Origin: Fibrobacteria bacterium
GTDB taxonomy: Bacteria; Fibrobacterota; Fibrobacteria; UBA11236
Direction of reading: 5' to 3'
Length of the DNA stretch: 14,927 nucleotides
NCBI GenBank assembly: GCA_043732185.1
Contig: JAYTHY010000030.1
Location: 1-14,927, forward strand
Shown here: positions 1 through 8,335 of the stretch, piece by piece
Layout: every line of letters begins with the position of its first letter
Position numbering within the stretch: the first letter of the stretch is position 1
Position numbers and translations under genes: made by a program
Notes under the pieces: model-generated
The model's input: only the letters and a program-made list of their open reading frames with translations
Databases searched by the model: none
What the model was told of the DNA's origin: nothing

Positions 1-1
1 C

Positions 2-235
2 GTGATCACCATTCGTGATTTTGGACAAGGAATTCCGCCTGCGGAATTAGAAGCGATTTTTGAACCCTTTTACCGCGTCGACAAATCCAGGGGAAGATCC
101 TCCGGCGGTTATGGGCTTGGGCTAAGCCTTTGTCGCAAGATTATGCACGCACATGGTGGTGAGATAGAAGCGTCCAGCGTGCTTGGAACTGGCACCACCA
201 TGCGATTGATATTCAACTTGAAAAATATTGGGTAG
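2..235 (+). CDS. Sensor histidine kinase, C-terminal HATPase fragment (gene begins upstream of the window)
   Basis: G1 box DFGQGI, F box IFEPFYR and G2 box GGYGLGL, followed by IMHAHGGEI...GTT. Stop TAG at 233-235. Confidence 0.93.
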   Translation: MITIRDFGQGIPPAELEAIFEPFYRVDKSRGRSSGGYGLGLSLCRKIMHAHGGEIEASSVLGTGTTMRLIFNLKNIG

Positions 236-251
236 GATTCCGTTGGACCGA

Positions 252-280
252 TTTCAAACGGTTTTACAAATGGTTTACAA
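252..280 (+). promoter_or_regulatory. Direct repeat with 11-bp period, candidate OmpR/PhoB-family response regulator box
   Basis: TTTCAAA at 252, TTTACAA at 263 and TTTACAA at 274. GTTTTA-N5-GGTTTA (261-277) resembles the PhoP-box layout. It lies between a kinase gene and the next operon. Confidence 0.5.
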
Positions 281-381
281 TAAATTCGGATTGAATCCGT
301 GCCCATTGGTAACAGCCCTAGTACACTGTTCACCATGTCGTTAGCCATGAACATTCAACCATTTTGCAGCCGGAAGGAGTA

Positions 382-1095
382 ATGAAGGTGGAGCATTTGC
401 TTGGCAAGAGAGCCACCATTAAAAAATGGGGTTCCTATAAATTCACTTTGAGAAGCATATTATCGGTTTCCATACTGATGGCCCTGATCGTTCCGGGCTG
501 GTCCTCCGATTCCCTTACAGTAATCGCTTTGGATTCAGCCGCGAAACCGGAACCCCTGCTTCCTGAAATCTTAAGCCCGGGGGAGCACTTAATATGGGGT
601 GAACACGGCATGATGCGGCGGACCGGCATCTATCCGCTAACATTGGAATCCCGCGAAAAGGAATTGGGCTTGCGACGCACCATGCTTACTGTGCATGAAG
701 TGGGTGGCTTTGTAACCTTGGGAGCAATGCTGGCAACGGTCACTTATGGCCAGCTTGCTTTGAATGGTTACACCAGCCTGGGCAGTGTCCACAAAACCCT
801 GGCCTCGGCCACCATCGCCAGTTATTTTCTTACCGCGGGCCTTTCCTTATTATGCCCGCCACCGCTGGTTAGAAGAAAAGAATGGAACACCGTTTCCATC
901 CACAAGGGATTGGCAATCGTCCACTTTTCGGGAATGATCCTAACTCCATTGCTTGCCAACGGCATTGCTTCAAGAGATCGCGGGTCGGGAATGTCCAATG
1001 TGCAAATCAATCGTGATAAGGCGCGGGTCCATCAAATTTCCGGCTATATCACCACTGCCGCGTTTGCATCAGCGATGGCCGTAATAACCTTTTAG
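382..1095 (+). CDS. Membrane protein with an N-terminal signal-like segment and four His-bearing transmembrane helices (possible cytochrome b561-like)
   Basis: AAGGAG at 374-379 precedes ATG 382, which is preferred over TTG 364. Four hydrophobic helices begin HEVGG, HKTLA, HKGLAIVH and HQISG. The gene is clear; the function is inferred. Confidence 0.7.
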   Translation: MKVEHLLGKRATIKKWGSYKFTLRSILSVSILMALIVPGWSSDSLTVIALDSAAKPEPLLPEILSPGEHLIWGEHGMMRRTGIYPLTLESREKELGLRRTMLTVHEVGGFVTLGAMLATVTYGQLALNGYTSLGSVHKTLASATIASYFLTAGLSLLCPPPLVRRKEWNTVSIHKGLAIVHFSGMILTPLLANGIASRDRGSGMSNVQINRDKARVHQISGYITTAAFASAMAVITF

Positions 1096-1107
1096 GAGAA
1101 GTTTTCA

Positions 1108-1683
1108 ATGAAGCCGTTATTGATATCCCGAAAAATGAATCTGCTTATGATAATCCCGCTAGTACTCGCCTGTACCGCACCAGTTTGGTCCAGAACATTT
1201 CAAGCCATTAAGGGTGAGTCCAGTCTAAATTATCTACTGGTACATCCCATGCATAAAATTACCGGCGTAAGCCGCGATTTCACATGCACGGTGGAGCTTT
1301 CCTCGGATACGCTTTCCTCCAAAATAAAAGTCTCCGCTTCGATCAGAAGTTTTGACAGTAAGAATTCAAGCCGAGACTCCCATGCCTTGGAGGTTCTCGA
1401 AGGACTAAAGTACCCGAACGTGACTTTCGAAAGCCAAACCGTAAAAAAGGAAAGTGATGGCTATACGGTTTCCGGAAACCTTACCTTTCACGGTCGGACT
1501 CGTCCCATCAGTTTCCACATTACTCCCCGATACCTTGAGCACAAAATTGAAGTGGTCGGAAGCTTTGCCGTGAAGCTTTCCGATTTTGGGGTCGGCCGAC
1601 CCAGCCTGCTTTTTGTCCCGGTAGAAGACAAATTGACGATCTCGATGGACCTTTTTTCCTCAACGGATGGGCCAAACCCATAA
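1108..1683 (+). CDS. YceI-family periplasmic lipid/polyisoprenoid-binding protein
   Basis: Signal peptide, then motifs S.L.Y...H, FDSKNSSRDSH, YPNVTF, GNLTFHGRT and KLSDFGV. RBS AGGAG upstream. Confidence 0.92.
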   Translation: MKPLLISRKMNLLMIIPLVLACTAPVWSRTFQAIKGESSLNYLLVHPMHKITGVSRDFTCTVELSSDTLSSKIKVSASIRSFDSKNSSRDSHALEVLEGLKYPNVTFESQTVKKESDGYTVSGNLTFHGRTRPISFHITPRYLEHKIEVVGSFAVKLSDFGVGRPSLLFVPVEDKLTISMDLFSSTDGPNP

Positions 1684-2441
1684 TGCGCGCAAATCCACTT
1701 CTTTTATTCGTATCGCTTTGGGCAGCGGGCCTAGCCATGTCAGACCCCTTAGGCCCACTTCACCCTGTGGTTTTCAAAGGCCTGTCACCGGCCGGCGCAA
1801 AAATATCACTGGATACGGCAACTTCATGGGCCGATTCCCTTGGCCATTGGAGCCTCACCATTTCCATGGACAGTGTGACAAGGGCGACCGGCCAATTTGA
1901 CCTCTGTCTTGAAAAGGACGGCAAAAAGGCCTGCTCTGTTGTCCAGTCCAAGGGATACGATACGTTGGAGCTGGCGCCATTGCGGTTTACCGAAAAGCTC
2001 GTAGTGGATACAGTGCGCACATTGGAAGACAGTCTGGCCTCAGATTCTTTGCCACCTCCCATTGCCACCAAGGCTAAATTACTCGACGAAGGCAAGGCGT
2101 CAGGAAGCCGCACGGTGGTGGTACGCGGGCGTCGCAAGGCCAAGGTTTTGGGTCAGGAGCGCGTAACCGCACAGCAGATCCGGCGCTTGCCCGGCCTGGC
2201 AGAACCGGATGTCATTCGCGCTGTACAGGCATTGCCTGGAGTTGTGGCCTCATCGGATTTTTCCACCAAGATGTATGTTCGCGGAAGCGCCAGTGATGAA
2301 AACCTGGTGCTATTCGACAATGCTGTGGTGTATTCCCCCGCCCATTTTGGTGGATTGTTCAGCACCTTTTTGGCCGATGCCGTGGGAGGATTGGATTTTG
2401 TCAAAAAGTGGCATGGGCGAAATCATAAAAGGTTTGAATGA
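1683..2441 (+). pseudogene. TonB-dependent receptor, truncated (signal peptide, N-terminal extension and most of the plug; no beta-barrel)
   Basis: TonB-box-like TVVVRG and plug motifs IRRLPGLAEPDVIRAVQALPGV, YVRGSASDENLVLFD and HFGGLFSTF. Similarity ends at GGLDF (~2400) and a short unrelated tail runs to TGA. Start overlaps the upstream stop (TAATG). Confidence 0.85.
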
Positions 2442-2932
2442 AAAAGAATTCGGGCTCCAAATACAACAAATTTCCTTTCAATCGAATGACGCCCAATCAA
2501 AAAACCTTTTTTGGGATTCAGGTCATTCAAGGCCTTTCCTTCGTGATGATATTTATAATCACATGGGTTGACGAAGAAATGATCCTTCCAGACCTTAATC
2601 GCTGGATCCCATTCGCCTCGCCAAAAATCCTTACGGGAGCGTTGGAGACCATTTGGTTGTTCCTTCTCTTCGCTTTCACAATCAAATACCAAAGTATTAT
2701 CTGGCGTCGGATAAAATTATTAGAAGGGATTCTTCCCATTTGCTCTTATTGCAAAAAAATACGGGATGAACAGGGCAAGTGGAATCAGATGGAGGTTTAC
2801 GTAAACGAAAAAACCGGCGCAGATTTTTCCCATGGAATTTGTCCAAACTGCATGCAGGTTAATTTTGGAGATATCGTAGGCAAACCAGACAAGTTACCTG
2901 CCGACACCAAAAATGACCTAGAAACTACCTGA
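2438..2932 (+). CDS. Two-TM membrane protein with a C-terminal CxxC...HGxCPxC putative zinc-binding domain
   Basis: Two hydrophobic segments, then LPICSYCKKIRDEQGKW...FSHGICPNC. Confidence 0.85.
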   Translation: MKKNSGSKYNKFPFNRMTPNQKTFFGIQVIQGLSFVMIFIITWVDEEMILPDLNRWIPFASPKILTGALETIWLFLLFAFTIKYQSIIWRRIKLLEGILPICSYCKKIRDEQGKWNQMEVYVNEKTGADFSHGICPNCMQVNFGDIVGKPDKLPADTKNDLETT

Positions 2933-2952
2933 ATTATTTCATCCAGCGCAAA

Positions 2953-3354
2953 TTAGACGAGGTTGTTTATCTCTTTTAAAATACCACGTACTTTTTCCAA
3001 AAGTTCAGAAATCGAAAAAGGCTTGGCTAAAAAAGATGCCCTCCCTGCAGCCACTTCCTGCTGTACCATGGAGTTTACAGAGAAGCCGGAGATGTATAAT
3101 ACGCTGATTTCCGGCCGCAATAGACGAATACATTTTGCTAACTCACAACCGTCTAGGTAAGGATCCATCTTGAGATCTGTCAAAAGCAAATGCACCGCTT
3201 GGTGATAACCATCCAATTTTAGAAAAGCTTCATCACTGTGTTCAGCAACCAAAACGCCATAGCCTTCGCGCTCTAGGAGCTTGCCCACCAAATCGCGAAC
3301 AGATTTTTCATCGTCTACAATGAGAATCGTAAAATCAGAATTTGGCATTACCAT
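2953..3354 (-). CDS. Single-domain response regulator (CheY-like receiver)
   Basis: ILIVDDE acidic pocket, LLLTD phosphoacceptor, YISG and FLAKPF. An in-frame stop shortly upstream shows it is not attached to a larger ORF. Confidence 0.92.
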   Translation of the reverse strand: MVMPNSDFTILIVDDEKSVRDLVGKLLEREGYGVLVAEHSDEAFLKLDGYHQAVHLLLTDLKMDPYLDGCELAKCIRLLRPEISVLYISGFSVNSMVQQEVAAGRASFLAKPFSISELLEKVRGILKEINNLV

Positions 3355-3662
3355 CGCCTTTGAAAAATACTGAATCCGTTGTGATATACAAAGTTACCCT
3401 TGATTTTTCTATGCACAAGTAAAACCCATTCACTTGATCTCTAGAATGACACGGTTGATTGGAATGGGGATTGCTCTATAGGAGATCGCGCATTGTGGAA
3501 ATAATGCAGTGGAACCGACAAAATATAATTCACCATCAGGACTCGGAAAATGACCTCTGGCATTCGGCCAGACTTTCAGCATCCGAATATTCCGTTCACA
3601 AAGTCAGGAAGGCTAACCGGTATTATTAATACCTAATATCCCTGGTTTAATTGGGCGGTTTT

Positions 3663-3956
3663 TTAATGCCCATCCCCGTCATGATCCACATCTTTTGCCG
3701 CCGCTTCTTTTTTGAGTATTCTTTGGGCCTGTTGGTCTCCCCCTGCGGCCTCTTTGGCAGTTTGAGCGGCAGTTTCCGTCGCCTCTTGCATTAATTTTTT
3801 CCCAGCATTGCTGATCTGAACTGTAGCTGCTGGAGTGTTTTGAGTTTTTACTTGAGGAGCCGATTCAACTGCCGAAGCGACCTCTTTATCATTTTTCGGC
3901 GGGACAACTTGGACATTAGGGGCTACTGGAGTTGAACCGACATTGCTTACGCTCAT
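3663..3956 (-). CDS. Small Ala/Gln/Lys-rich hypothetical protein, probably sigma28-dependent
   Basis: 97-aa ORF with purine-rich AAAGAGA before the ATG. Disordered N-terminus, TVQISNAGKKL motif, helical EATETAAQTAKEAAGGDQQAQR and a DVDHDGDGH tail. Confidence 0.8.
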   Translation of the reverse strand: MSVSNVGSTPVAPNVQVVPPKNDKEVASAVESAPQVKTQNTPAATVQISNAGKKLMQEATETAAQTAKEAAGGDQQAQRILKKEAAAKDVDHDGDGH

Positions 3957-3999
3957 ATTTTCTCTTTTCGTTTAGTGATTTTCTTTGCTACCATGTACT

Positions 4000-4026
4000 T
4001 CATCGGCAAATTCAAGGTTTGCTTTA
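4000..4026 (-). promoter_or_regulatory. sigma28 (FliA/SigD-type) promoter
   Basis: The minus strand reads TAAA-gcaaaccttgaattt(15 nt)-GCCGATGA against consensus TAAA-N15-GCCGATAA. It ends 43 nt before the ATG at 3956. Confidence 0.78.
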
Positions 4027-4066
4027 ACATTATTTTTCACCTGGCTCCCAGCATCCGTTCCAATCG

Positions 4067-4099
4067 CCTAATTTTCAGCTAATTCTGACTTGGTACGAT
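4067..4099 (+). promoter_or_regulatory. Activator-dependent sigma70-type promoter: PmrA/QseB-like direct repeat plus extended -10
   Basis: CCTAAT-N5-GCTAAT (4067-4083, 11-bp period) sits where the -35 would be. TG-G-TACGAT lies at 4091-4099. Confidence 0.55.
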
Positions 4100-4128
4100 T
4101 AAAGGACCTCAACCTAAAGGAAACTCAC

Positions 4129-4923
4129 ATGAAGCATTTTTCAATCCAAAGTATTTCCAAGCTGCTATTTGCCTATGGTCTAGGCCTCGCCATGCCTAGC
4201 CTAGTCCATAGCCAAGCTCTTGAAACTGAAGAGTCAAAGCCTCTTAAGCAAGGTCAATTCGAGTTTGGTGGAGGATTAGAATTTCAGACTTCCAAGGAGG
4301 GAAGCGAAACGGCGTTACCCTTGGCCTTTGAGTATGGAATTGCGGAAAAGTTAACCGTACTCGTCGAGCCCGTCGTATTCACTTGGATTCGTCCTAACAC
4401 TGGTACACATGCATTTGGAATCGGCGATTTAGAGGTTTCACTTTTTTATCAGCTCATGCAAGAAAAATCCATCGCACCCGCAATTTCCCTTGCCGCTGAA
4501 GTCAAGCTTCCAACTGCGCAAAATGCATTGATTGGTTCTGGAAAAGCCGACTATACGCCGTTTTTAGTACTGAGTAAAAGTACAGGTCTATTCTTCACTA
4601 GTGTAAACCTCGGGTACACGTTTGTTGGTAAACCAAAGGGTGTACAAGCTAATGATCAATTCAACTATGCCCTGGGCACAATTTTTTCGATAAGGCCAAG
4701 AAATTACCTATATGCAGAAGTATACGGGAATACGGCCGCAACCGAAACTAAGGAAGCAACATTGTCGACACCTACGGGAGCAAAAGAGCTTTCGGGTGGA
4801 GAAACGGTAGTCGCCTTGGCCTATGGCTACGAATTACGCAACGGAATGAACGTGTCTATGGGAGCGAGTATCGACAATAATCACGCATTCGTATTCCGTC
4901 CTGGACTAGAATGGAAATTTTGA
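4129..4923 (+). CDS. Outer-membrane beta-barrel protein (Phenol_MetA_deg/COG4313-like 'transporter')
   Basis: AAAGGA RBS before ATG 4129 and a signal peptide ending ..VHS|Q. Motifs EYGI, GIGDLEV, EVKLPTA...IGSGKADY and VNLGY. Amphipathic strands and a C-terminal ..GLEWKF barrel signature. Confidence 0.82.
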   Translation: MKHFSIQSISKLLFAYGLGLAMPSLVHSQALETEESKPLKQGQFEFGGGLEFQTSKEGSETALPLAFEYGIAEKLTVLVEPVVFTWIRPNTGTHAFGIGDLEVSLFYQLMQEKSIAPAISLAAEVKLPTAQNALIGSGKADYTPFLVLSKSTGLFFTSVNLGYTFVGKPKGVQANDQFNYALGTIFSIRPRNYLYAEVYGNTAATETKEATLSTPTGAKELSGGETVVALAYGYELRNGMNVSMGASIDNNHAFVFRPGLEWKF

Positions 4924-4966
4924 GGTAACTTTATACTGTCGGCACTTTGAAAAATCTGAGGCATCC

Positions 4967-5629
4967 TTGAGAATTCTTTTAATCGAAGACGACGCCATGA
5001 TTGGAGAGGCCATTCAAATGGCCTTGCAGGATGTCGCCTATTCCGTTGACTGGAATCGTTCTGGGTCCGTTCCAGATTCGAATTGTGACGAGTATGAAGC
5101 CATTGTCCTCGACCTTGGCCTTCCCAACCAAGACGGCTTGGAAATACTGGAAAAATTGAGAAAGCAAGGTTCAGAGGTGCCTATTCTTATCGTCACGGCG
5201 CGTGATGCCCTCCCCGATCGAGTAAAAGGCTTAAATCTGGGCGCCGATGATTATCTAGTCAAGCCATTTGAAATCGAAGAATTCCTGGCCCGTATTCGAT
5301 CCATTTCTAGGCGAAAAAGGGGCTCCGTTGATCCCTTTTTGTCCAATGACAGCATTCGGCTTTCCATGGCCACACATGAAGTTTGGGCAAACGAAATTTC
5401 AATGGAATTGAGTCGAAGAGAATTTTCTGTACTGCATGCTTTACTAGTTCGACCTGGGGCAGTTTTATCCAGAAGTCAGTTGGAGGAAAAGGTGTATGGT
5501 TTGGATGAAACTCCGGAAGGCAATGCCATTGATTTTCTGATCCATGGAATCCGACAAAAGATGGGATCGGATGCCATACTAAATGTGCGTGGCATCGGAT
5601 GGAGTGTTCGAGCAAAGTCTCGAACTTAA
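4967..5629 (+). CDS. OmpR-family DNA-binding response regulator (QseB/PmrA-like)
   Basis: MRILLIEDD, VLDLGLP, VTARD, GLNLGADDYLVKPF and a winged-helix region LSRREFSVL...NVRGIGW. TTG start after GAGG. Confidence 0.95.
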   Translation: MRILLIEDDAMIGEAIQMALQDVAYSVDWNRSGSVPDSNCDEYEAIVLDLGLPNQDGLEILEKLRKQGSEVPILIVTARDALPDRVKGLNLGADDYLVKPFEIEEFLARIRSISRRKRGSVDPFLSNDSIRLSMATHEVWANEISMELSRREFSVLHALLVRPGAVLSRSQLEEKVYGLDETPEGNAIDFLIHGIRQKMGSDAILNVRGIGWSVRAKSRT

Positions 5630-5650
5630 CTTTAGGGAATTCGATTCGCC

Positions 5651-6964
5651 ATGAACCAGTCCCTGCAAAGTCAAATTGTTCGCAAGCTTACCATTGCCTT
5701 ACTCGCGACGAGTCTATTCGCTGGAGTCGCAACTTTTTATTTCGCATATTCTGATGCACAGGAGGTACAGGACGAAACTTTGGCTTTGATCGCCTCTTTT
5801 ATCCCACACCAAAATACGGACACAATAATTCAAGGAGACATTCGGCAGGGAGAAGAAGCCTCAAGAGTCGAAGTGATTCATTCTGATCCACAAACAAATC
5901 CGACGTTTCGCTCCAAGCCTCTAGTTCAGGGATTCCAAACCGTAAACGTTGCCGGTGAAACTATGCGCATCCTTTTGAAAAAGGACGCCAACGGTCACCA
6001 GATCATTGTGGCACAAAATACGGAGGCGCGTGACGATCTCGTCATGGATGGATTATCCAACGAAATCGTTGCCATGGCTATATTACTGGCCTTACTTATT
6101 TGGCTAATTAGTCGCGTAGTTCGCAAATCTTTTTCGCCGATTCAAAGCCTCATTCAAGTGCTTGACGGCCCAACCTATAGCATTGCAGAACCCTTACCTG
6201 AAGAAAATATTCCAAAAGAACTGTTACCATTTGTATCTGCAATAAATCATCACATGCTGCGTGTTTCAAATCTCATGGGCGCGCAAAAACGGTTTATTGC
6301 TGATGCAGCCCATGAATTGCGCAATCCTTTGACGGCGCTCTCCCTACAGGCTGAGAATCTCAAAAATGCCACAACCCTGGAATCTATGCACGAGCGCATT
6401 GAACCCCTTAGAGCGGGAATAGACCGCGCCCGTCGGTTGACGTTACAATTATTGGACCTCGCGAGGAATCAGGACTCTCGATCAGAAAAAGAAGACATCG
6501 ACATCGGAAAACTTTTCGAATTGATCCGAAAGGAGTTTTCCCGCCTTGCTGAAATGCGAAATATTCGATTTAAAGTGGTCGTGACTGCCAGTTCCACTAT
6601 TCATGGAGACCCAACCGCGCTCTATTTGATCGTCAAAAACGCATTGGACAATGCGCTCCGTTATACACCAGCAAATGGCGAAGTGGAATTGGTTTTTCGA
6701 GTGGATGGAAATATCTCCATTATTGAAGTAATCGATTCCGGCCCTGGAATTCCTGAATCTGAAAGAGAGCGGGTTTTTGAGCCTTTCTTTCGGATTGACA
6801 AAGCGGGTGCTATGGGATGCGGCCTTGGCCTTGCCATTGCAAGGGATGCGGCAATGAAACTGGGAGGATCCATCGCTTTCCAGGATCGGCCGAATCAAAT
6901 TGGTTTGGTTTTTAAATACAGTCAAAGCATTCTGTCGACACCACCTATTAAACGAACAAATTAA
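5651..6964 (+). CDS. Membrane sensor histidine kinase (QseC/PmrB-like)
   Basis: Two TM segments around a periplasmic domain. H box FIADAAHELRNPL, N box NALDNALRY, then DSGPGI, FEPFFR and GCGLGL. Confidence 0.95.
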   Translation: MNQSLQSQIVRKLTIALLATSLFAGVATFYFAYSDAQEVQDETLALIASFIPHQNTDTIIQGDIRQGEEASRVEVIHSDPQTNPTFRSKPLVQGFQTVNVAGETMRILLKKDANGHQIIVAQNTEARDDLVMDGLSNEIVAMAILLALLIWLISRVVRKSFSPIQSLIQVLDGPTYSIAEPLPEENIPKELLPFVSAINHHMLRVSNLMGAQKRFIADAAHELRNPLTALSLQAENLKNATTLESMHERIEPLRAGIDRARRLTLQLLDLARNQDSRSEKEDIDIGKLFELIRKEFSRLAEMRNIRFKVVVTASSTIHGDPTALYLIVKNALDNALRYTPANGEVELVFRVDGNISIIEVIDSGPGIPESERERVFEPFFRIDKAGAMGCGLGLAIARDAAMKLGGSIAFQDRPNQIGLVFKYSQSILSTPPIKRTN

Positions 6965-6970
6965 TTGATC

Positions 6971-8284
6971 ATGCGAAAAACCGGGTTTCGGAAGCTTCCA
7001 ATGAAAATAATTCTCAGCGCAGCCACCGTTTTGCTCCATGTTAGCTTGCCGATATTGTCCGCGGCCACACTGGATTCTTTGACGCTGGACGAATGCTATC
7101 GCTTGGCCCAAGCCAACAACCCTCGGTCATTTCTATCCGCGAGCTCCGTGATGAGTGCCGACCTAGTGCTACAGGAACTTCGTGCGGCAAAACGGCCACA
7201 AGTTAAATTCAGGGGAATATTGGAATATGCACCCACCAGTAAGCATTTTGGATACGATCCCGGCATGACCAATGGCGGTCAACTGGGTAGCCAAGTGGTG
7301 GTAGAGCAAGCCATTTATGACGGTGGCGTGAGAAGCATAAAATCCCAACAGGCAGAAATACTTTTGAGACAGTCTAAGGAAGAACAGAAATTGGCCGCAA
7401 ACGATTTAAAATTTGAAGTGGCGCAAACGTTTACGGAAGTGCTTCGGCTGCAAGCGGAGCAGGAACAGAAGGAAGCAAGTAGGATAAGACTTAAAGATTA
7501 TCTGTCCTTGGTCGCGCGCATGCAAATGGGTGGGCAAGTTGGATATACGGATGTGCTTAAAACCCGCATGCAATTGTCCGAAGCGGAATCGGCCGTGAAA
7601 CAAGGGGATGCGGATTTGAGGGGGGAAAAATTCACTCTCGCGGAATTACTTGGCCTAGTTTTGACCGCCCTTGCCGAATTAAAAGTCAAAGGCGACCTAG
7701 ACTCAGCTGATGCTCCAACTGAATTGGATACCACGGAAAATTTAGATCGAAAAATAACCGCGCTCAAACTGCAAAGTATCACTAAGGATGTCGCCGCTGC
7801 GCGCAGTGAATGGAAGCCGACCATTTCCGTAGCCGGAGATTTGGGACTACTGACATCCATAGACAATTTAAAAGTGCCCAGTCAGGACCGGGCCAATATG
7901 CTGGGAGCTTCGGTGGGGCTACATGTGGACATGCCAATTTTCACTTGGGGACTCACGCAAACCCATCTTCGCCAGAGTTTACTTGCGCTTGAAAACGCGC
8001 AGTGGCAGGGACTGGCGCAAATCCGAGCGCTTCGCGCCGAACATCAAAAAACCAGTCTACAATGGGTGGCGGCCCGCGATCATCGGGATGCCCTACACAA
8101 CAACCTCGCCACGGCCAAAGATAATTTTGTACTCACCAAATCTAAATATGCCGGAGGTACCGGGCTTGCCTCGGAAGTTTTGGAGGCCCACCGATTTTGG
8201 TTGGATACGCAAATGTCATTGATACAAGCTGAGGCCGACCTTCGCATATTAAGTGCGAAGCTCAAGCGACTCGATGCCCACTAA
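6971..8284 (+). CDS. TolC-family outer-membrane efflux protein (start could be ATG 7001)
   Basis: Signal peptide, LTLDECYRLAQANNP, two OEP-type repeats (P.V...G; Q.IYDGG; MPIFTWG; KYAGG...EVLEA) and long coiled-coil helices. Confidence 0.93.
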   Translation: MRKTGFRKLPMKIILSAATVLLHVSLPILSAATLDSLTLDECYRLAQANNPRSFLSASSVMSADLVLQELRAAKRPQVKFRGILEYAPTSKHFGYDPGMTNGGQLGSQVVVEQAIYDGGVRSIKSQQAEILLRQSKEEQKLAANDLKFEVAQTFTEVLRLQAEQEQKEASRIRLKDYLSLVARMQMGGQVGYTDVLKTRMQLSEAESAVKQGDADLRGEKFTLAELLGLVLTALAELKVKGDLDSADAPTELDTTENLDRKITALKLQSITKDVAAARSEWKPTISVAGDLGLLTSIDNLKVPSQDRANMLGASVGLHVDMPIFTWGLTQTHLRQSLLALENAQWQGLAQIRALRAEHQKTSLQWVAARDHRDALHNNLATAKDNFVLTKSKYAGGTGLASEVLEAHRFWLDTQMSLIQAEADLRILSAKLKRLDAH

Positions 8285-8335
8285 GGTATGCTAAAAATAC
8301 TATCACTTGGAATGACGATCCTTAAGGAGCAGCGC

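Noticed and set aside
2209..2571. Alternate-frame ORF as a frameshifted continuation of the TonB receptor
   Set aside because: After the junction it reads SKSGMGEIIKGLNEKEF..., lacks plug or barrel motifs, stops at 2571 and overlaps a better-supported gene.
3663..3956. Calling the small protein FlgM
   Set aside because: It lacks the FlgM C-terminal sigma28-binding motif (KV..IK.AI..G.Y) and has no flagellar neighbours.
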